DNA of 23,859 nucleotides from a virus (Duplodnaviria; Heunggongvirae; Uroviricota; Caudoviricetes): IMG/VR virus record IMGVR_UViG_2690316225_000008; one strand, 5' to 3'. Shown piece by piece: positions 19,779 to 23,859 of this stretch (position 1 is its first letter; each line of letters starts with the position of its first letter). The notes under the pieces were generated by a model. It saw only the letters and a program-made list of their open reading frames with translations, ran no database searches and was not told where the DNA came from. The position numbers and the translations under genes were made by a program.

Positions 19779-19985
19779 CGTAACCTGTCGGATCGCCGGA
19801 AAGGACCCACGAAAATGATAATAATTATCATCTACATGAGGTTTATCACGACATGTGTGTACGCCATCAAACCACGAGAAATAATCAATTATTACGCAGG
19901 TATCGTATTAATTGATCTGCATCAAATTAGCGTAAAAGCAACTTCAGATAATACAAATCAGCAACACTGAATACGGGGCAACATT

Positions 19986-20210
19986 ATGTCATCAAAGAAC
20001 AGAACCCGCAGAACAACAACCCGCAACATCCGATTTCCAAACCAGATAATTGAACAAATTAACATCGCTCTTGACCTAAAAGGTTCAGGTAATTTTTCAG
20101 CGTGGGTTATTGAAGCCTGCAGAAGAAGATTAATTAATGAAAAATATTCTCAATTTGTACCCAACAAAGACAAACACGACCAGAGCACCTGTTCAGACAG
20201 GTTTACTTAA
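19986..20210 (+). CDS. Small ribbon-helix-helix-like DNA-binding protein (hypothetical; possibly YlcI/YnfO-type prophage protein)
   Basis: 74 aa; basic N-terminus then RNIRFPNQIIEQINIALDLKGSGNFSAWVIEACRRRL, the strand-helix-helix pattern of CopG/Arc-type repressors; lies between cos and the lysis module. Confidence 0.4.
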   Translation: MSSKNRTRRTTTRNIRFPNQIIEQINIALDLKGSGNFSAWVIEACRRRLINEKYSQFVPNKDKHDQSTCSDRFT

Positions 20211-20228
20211 ACGACTTATATATGACAC

Positions 20229-20257
20229 AAAAAGCGACCACTAAAGTCGCTTTTTCT
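20229..20257. terminator. Bidirectional intrinsic terminator between convergent genes
   Basis: aaaaagcgac-cactaaa-gtcgcttttt: short GC stem flanked by A-tract and T-tract, between the stops of 19986-20210 (+) and 20292-20606 (-). Confidence 0.55.
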
Positions 20258-20291
20258 TATGGTAACAGGCAATAACTCTCTCAGATATTTT

Positions 20292-20606
20292 TTAGCATTT
20301 TTTTGACCGCGCGTTTCCGGACGTATTCTGTTCTCCTGTCCCTTTATATCGTCGGAATACCCGCCGCTCTTCAAATCCCATTCCCAACTCAGAATGTAGT
20401 CTGTTGACCGCTTGTTTTATTTCGGTCAGGTTCACCGGTGAAACCGGAGTCCGGCGCGCCTTACGCAAACACTCTGCTCGTTTCTGTGCCGCCACTTTTC
20501 TTTTCTGGTCATCACTTAGCTGTACCATCACTTTTGCCCATCGTTCAGCTGCTCTCCGGTACAGTCCTTTTTTCTCCAGACATTCTGCCACGTGATCATG
20601 TAGCAT
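20292..20606 (-). CDS. PerC-family-like small basic regulator (Pch-like), hypothetical
   Basis: 104 aa, MLHDHVAECLEKKGLYRRAAERWAKVMVQ…; LE.KGL.RRAA..W pattern and size recalled as PerC/Pch-like; preceded by a long AT-rich upstream region. Family assignment from memory only. Confidence 0.4.
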   Translation of the reverse strand: MLHDHVAECLEKKGLYRRAAERWAKVMVQLSDDQKRKVAAQKRAECLRKARRTPVSPVNLTEIKQAVNRLHSELGMGFEERRVFRRYKGTGEQNTSGNARSKKC

Positions 20607-20848
20607 AAGTGACCTCCGATTATCTACAGACTGCCATCCTGAATTTACCTTCCCTTAATGAAATAACAATAAAAAACAAACCACGCAAAAACAATAAAAC
20701 AACACACAAAAAAAACTAAATAATAAACAAAAATAATCACCTTATTTTATTATTTTTTGAGGGAGCAATTACTGAACAAAAAACGCTGACTATATACTCA
20801 AAACCAAACAACTATTCTGCCAATCAGGTATCATGGCAACACACGGAA

Positions 20849-20989
20849 TTACCGTGTTTTTGCCTTCTCTGCCCATACAATACGGGCATATACTTCATTC
20901 TCTATTGTAATATTTCTATCCATGTGCCCCACTCCATTTACCTGTAAATAATATTCAAAATATTTATCACAGAAATCGTTTTTGGCCAT
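20849..20989 (-). CDS. Candidate small ORF (46 aa), hypothetical
   Basis: ATG 20987-20989 to TAA 20849-20851; MAKNDFCDKYFEYYLQVNGVGHMDRNITIENEVYARIVWAEKAKTR; below the 60-aa track cutoff; no clear Shine-Dalgarno. Confidence 0.2.
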   Translation of the reverse strand: MAKNDFCDKYFEYYLQVNGVGHMDRNITIENEVYARIVWAEKAKTR

Positions 20990-21071
20990 GAACTGAGCAC
21001 ACTATAAAGTCCGGAACTGACTCTTTGTTAAATTACCTTAACGTTACCAGTAACACCTTCATAACAAAACA

Positions 21072-21539
21072 TCACGGTATACACTGGGTACGGATATATT
21101 CCTGTGCTCCTTCCAGTTGCTTCTGCATTGCCATCAGCCGTTCTCTGAGGATGAAATAATCCCGTTCAGCGGTGTCTGCCAGTCGGGGGCCGGTTGCATT
21201 ATCCACGCCGGAGGTGCCGGTGGCTTCACGCACGGTACCGGAGCAGGTGGCGTTGATCCGCAGGCGCTTACGACCAGCGGCAACATCAGCACGCAGAGTT
21301 TCATTTTCAGCTCTCGCATCGGCTAATTCCCTCGAGTATCTGGCATCAAGTGCAGCGACATCACGCTGGCGTATCTGCATATCAGTAATTGTCGCGTTCG
21401 CCAGCTCCAGCTCACTGGCTTTTTTATCGCGCTGCTCTTTGTAGATGATGGCGTGATCACGGTAATGATTCAGCCCCAGACTAAGCGCACCACAGGCCAC
21501 CAGCAGGACAATGATAACCACGCACAGAACACGGTTCAT
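21072..21539 (-). CDS. Rz: Spanin inner-membrane subunit Rz (i-spanin)
   Basis: Start at MNRVLCVVIIVLLVACG (ATG 21537-21539, GGTGGTGA upstream); N-terminal TM then …NHYRD…ITDMQIRQRDVAALDA…VAAGRKRL…ADTAERDYF.LRERL…MQKQLEGAQEYI… matching lambda Rz. Confidence 0.88.
   Translation of the reverse strand: MNRVLCVVIIVLLVACGALSLGLNHYRDHAIIYKEQRDKKASELELANATITDMQIRQRDVAALDARYSRELADARAENETLRADVAAGRKRLRINATCSGTVREATGTSGVDNATGPRLADTAERDYFILRERLMAMQKQLEGAQEYIRTQCIP
21134..21319 (-). CDS. Rz1: Spanin outer-membrane lipoprotein Rz1 (o-spanin), embedded in Rz in another frame
   Basis: 61 aa; MRELKMKLCVLMLPLVVSACGS… lipobox then Pro-rich …CVKPPAPPAWIMQPAPDWQTPLNGIIS… as in lambda Rz1. Confidence 0.85.
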   Translation of the reverse strand: MRELKMKLCVLMLPLVVSACGSTPPAPVPCVKPPAPPAWIMQPAPDWQTPLNGIISSSENG

Positions 21540-21762
21540 ATCACCACCAACGGATTGCCCAGACCAGAACAGCAATGGCCACAATACGAATGGCAAAAGC
21601 TGCCGCTCTTGTTAAATCCAGACTGGCTGGCGTCTCCACTTCAATGCCTTTCATAATGGACAACCTCAGAAAGAATCTTTTATACTTCCTCACAGGGAAA
21701 GTACCTCCCTACCCATAATTTCTCCCTTGCCTTACTCAAGGTCAGAAAACACAAAACCCCGC

Positions 21763-21795
21763 TTGCTGCCAACAAACGGGGTTTTTACTTTTATT
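21763..21795. terminator. Terminator-like hairpin between R and Rz (strand ambiguous)
   Basis: aaaaccccgcttg-ctgccaa-caaacggggtttt, ~13-bp stem with one mismatch; T-rich on plus side (tttttactttt) and moderately U-rich on minus side. Confidence 0.45.
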
Positions 21796-21874
21796 CACTT
21801 AGGTTTTACCAGTTTTCAGGATTTCGTGTTATCCACCCGCGTTGGCCAACGTCATTTTTCAGGAAAATATTCTG

Positions 21875-22408
21875 CTATCTGTCGATGTCCCAGCACGCCA
21901 GCGCGCTCTCCTGGTCACGCCGTGAGACCTGACCGTAGCAATTATTTGAACGGATACGGCAGTCTCTGCCACCGTCCTTAATCCACCAGCGAATCGCCTC
22001 ACAGGCACCTTTTCGATCGCCTGCATTAATTCGTTTATAAAACGTCGACGGGAAGCACTTACCGGGGCCAATGTTGTACGGACAGAATGACGCGATCCCC
22101 GCTTTCTGGGGTTCGGTCAGCGGCACCCGGATGTTTTTCTCCACCCATGCCAGCGCCTTGTCACGTTCGATGGCATTAACCCGGTCGCATTTTTCCTTTG
22201 ACAGCTTCATGCCAGGAATAACAGGCTTACCATCCACCAGAATGGCACCACGGCAGATGGTCCAGATCCCCGCACCATCACGGTATGCCGTGGTGTGGTT
22301 ACCTTCCTTTTCATCCAGAAACTGGTCGAGGATTTCAGGCGCAGAAGCACCTGCACCAATCAGCGCCAGAACGGCAGCCGACAGGCCGTATTTTATTTTT
22401 TCGTTCAT
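21875..22408 (-). CDS. R: Endolysin R, phage lysozyme (T4-lysozyme/GH24-like) with N-terminal signal-anchor-release domain
   Basis: 177 aa; N-terminal hydrophobic YGLSAAVLALIGAGASAPEIL; …KRINAGDRKGACEAIRWW… resembles phage 21 R-type SAR endolysins. Confidence 0.85.
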   Translation of the reverse strand: MNEKIKYGLSAAVLALIGAGASAPEILDQFLDEKEGNHTTAYRDGAGIWTICRGAILVDGKPVIPGMKLSKEKCDRVNAIERDKALAWVEKNIRVPLTEPQKAGIASFCPYNIGPGKCFPSTFYKRINAGDRKGACEAIRWWIKDGGRDCRIRSNNCYGQVSRRDQESALACWDIDR

Positions 22409-22525
22409 GGGGATTTATCGATTTCTAATCCCTTGATATGTTAGGTATATAATCCAACACTCATGGTCGCTCTCATAAACATATCCCTTGAGACGCAGCA
22501 GATTACAACAAATGAAGCCATATAA

Positions 22526-22840
22526 ATGAACAGTAAAGAAAGTTTGCGCAGAAGATTTTTACAACTAATGACAGAAAACGTTAAATCAGAGTTACTTCTT
22601 CTGATGGCAGATAATAACGAAGCAACAAGCAGCATTCTTGCAGACCCTTACGGTAAGATCTCACATAAAACGCTGGATATTATTACCACAACATTAACAC
22701 CGCTGATGCTTCAACGGCTGAAACATAATATCAACGCATGGGTTAATGAAGAATTAAGTCCTCCCTGCTTATGGGATTCTCGTTACGCATGTCAGCAAAA
22801 AATGCGAATTTTCAACTTACTATCACCAAAGCTCAGGTAG
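22526..22840 (+). CDS. Hypothetical protein (104 aa) in AT-rich insert between S and R, opposite strand to the late operon
   Basis: ORF MNSKESLRRRFLQLMTENVKSELLLLMADNNEATSSILADPYGKISHKTLDIITTTL…; A/T-rich third positions; perfect TATAAT at 22449-22454 upstream; no family recognised. Confidence 0.35.
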   Translation: MNSKESLRRRFLQLMTENVKSELLLLMADNNEATSSILADPYGKISHKTLDIITTTLTPLMLQRLKHNINAWVNEELSPPCLWDSRYACQQKMRIFNLLSPKLR

Positions 22841-23095
22841 CCATAAAATCCTGCCCTTCATGGCATACAGGATTTCAATGGAATCACAATGACCAACTCT
22901 TGCACAGCTGTATCCCTGACTCCCCGACAACTCAGATTTTCAGTATCTGCTGCTATCTAAAGAGAAAGCGCACAAATGCAAGGGTCTTTCATCACGTCCT
23001 GTTATTGATTGCCTGTGACCTTTTCTTACCTCATGGAACGTTTTTTCAGTTAGAAATATTCATTTTACAACCAGTTCGTATTGTTTATTCATCGA

Positions 23096-23302
23096 CTACT
23101 CTCCCCGCGCCACCTTACGCTTATCTTCTTTAATCTTGAAATAAAGGTTAGTCAGATACGTCAGCAGGCCAAACAGCAGACTCCCCAGCACACCGATTGC
23201 CACCCACTGGGACGGAGAGACTTTGTCCAGCAGCTGCAGTAACCAGTATCCCGTCCCCACCGCTGACGTGGTGTATGACACACCTGTTGTGATTTTTTCC
23301 AT
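23096..23302 (-). CDS. S: Holin S, phage 21 S-type (pinholin-like)
   Basis: 68 aa; [68 protein letters not shown] parallels S21; two TM segments and charged C-terminus. Confidence 0.85.
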   Translation of the reverse strand: MEKITTGVSYTTSAVGTGYWLLQLLDKVSPSQWVAIGVLGSLLFGLLTYLTNLYFKIKEDKRKVARGE

Positions 23303-23342
23303 CTGATGTATGTCTCCGTCACCGCCGACAGAAAATGAAAGT

Positions 23343-23382
23343 AAAGAAAAACAAAAAAACCGCCAGTGTCACCCACTGACGG
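23343..23382 (-). terminator. Intrinsic terminator just upstream of S (tR'-like late terminator)
   Basis: Minus-strand RNA: stem CCGUCAGUG / CACUGGCGG (9 bp, one U-G) with 5-nt loop, followed by UUUUUUUGUUUUU; 40 bp upstream of S start. Confidence 0.6.
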
Positions 23383-23460
23383 CCAACTCCGGGAGCCGTG
23401 ATTATGGCATTCAGGCTCTGCTAAAAATGCCAGATAACATTCCGGCCTCCCCTGATTCAG

Positions 23461-23487
23461 GTTATAAATGACACAATATCTTGACAA
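23461..23487 (-). promoter_or_regulatory. Candidate late promoter (pR'-like) on minus strand
   Basis: Minus strand TTGTCA (23482-23487) and TATAAC (23461-23466) with 15-nt spacer (suboptimal); ~80-110 nt upstream of the tR'-like terminator. Confidence 0.25.
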
Positions 23488-23557
23488 CACCCGTCACTGT
23501 CTGTCAGAAAATATACCGCCAGGCATAAGTATCATGTGAAATCCAACTATCCTTCTG

Positions 23558-23600
23558 AGCCAGCACCTCTCCACCGAAAGTCAGTGCTGGCTGTTTTTTT
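23558..23600 (+). terminator. Plus-strand intrinsic terminator-like hairpin plus T7 run (unit 1)
   Basis: AGCCAGCAC (23558-23566) / GTGCTGGCT (23584-23592), perfect 9-bp stem, 17-nt loop, then GTTTTTTT. Confidence 0.5.
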
Positions 23601-23707
23601 CCTTAATAAAGCATCTGTAACTGAAACAATCCGCATATTGATAATATATTGACAGGCATCATTGCTGTCTGTGAAAAATAAGTCTCTACAAACATATAAG
23701 GCCTTTT

Positions 23708-23748
23708 AGCCAGCGTCTTCTTTCAGGTCAGTCGCTGGCTCTTTTTTT
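23708..23748 (+). terminator. Plus-strand intrinsic terminator-like hairpin plus T7 run (unit 2)
   Basis: AGCCAGCG (23708-23715) / CGCTGGCT (23733-23740), perfect 8-bp stem, 17-nt loop, then CTTTTTTT. Confidence 0.5.
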
Positions 23749-23749
23749 A

Positions 23750-23859
23750 TTATGCTGCCGGTGCATTTATCTCCAGCACCAGACTTTCTATCTCAACGCC
23801 ATACGCTGCATTTTTTGTAACATCCGTCAGCGTCAGCGCATTCAGTCCCAGTGTCAGAC
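23750..23859 (-). CDS. Possible 3' end of an upstream minus-strand gene (runs off window end); identity unknown
   Basis: One minus-strand frame is open across the last 36 codons (…GVEIESLVLEINAPAA*), stop at 23750-23752; other two frames have stops. Weak evidence. Confidence 0.2.
   Translation of the reverse strand, partial: LTLGLNALTLTDVTKNAAYGVEIESLVLEINAPAA

Noticed and set aside
22441-23133. Minus-strand 64-aa ORF (22441-22635) and plus-strand 120-aa ORF (22771-23133) in the S-R insert
   Set aside because: The first is antisense to the better-supported 22526-22840 ORF and Cys/Leu-rich; the second overlaps the S gene antisense and has no start context. Kept only the 104-aa ORF, itself low confidence.
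23303-23859. tRNA genes (ileZ/argN/argO-type) upstream of S, as found in some Stx-type lambdoid phages
   Set aside because: I looked for conserved T-arm motifs (GGTTCGAATCC or its complement) and cloverleaf-like segments and found none.
1-23859. CRISPR array, integrase/attachment site, transposase or IS element
   Set aside because: No regularly spaced direct repeats with unique spacers; no integrase- or transposase-like ORF in any frame; the repeats present are duplicated phage genes, not IS ends.

Overview
This window is the late region (lysis, packaging, head and tail genes) of a lambda-like siphovirus prophage from an enterobacterial (E. coli-like) genome, encoded almost entirely on the minus strand. 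All homology calls are from reading the translations against remembered phage lambda / phage 21 proteins; no database search was run. From high to low coordinate: a late-leader region with a tR'-like terminator, pinholin S, an AT-rich ~690-bp insert with an opposite-strand ORF, SAR-type endolysin R, spanins Rz/Rz1, a small moron (PerC-like gene and a ribbon-helix-helix gene), a cos site with lambda-identical cosN but non-lambda cosB, then Nu1-A-W-B-C-D-E-FI-FII-Z-U-V-G/T-H-M-L in exact lambda order. The leftmost ~6.1 kb (1-6145) is not a clean continuation: it is repeated K, L, M and tape-measure fragments from at least two allelic tail modules, joined at N runs (860, 1793-1803, 5462). I read that as scaffold joins of multi-copy prophage sequence, not real gene order. 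Most large plus-strand ORFs in the track are antisense artefacts of GC-rich minus-strand genes. The most interesting candidates for something undescribed are the S-R insert (22409-23095) and two paralogous hairpin-terminated plus-strand units upstream of S (23455-23750); neither can be assigned a function from sequence alone.
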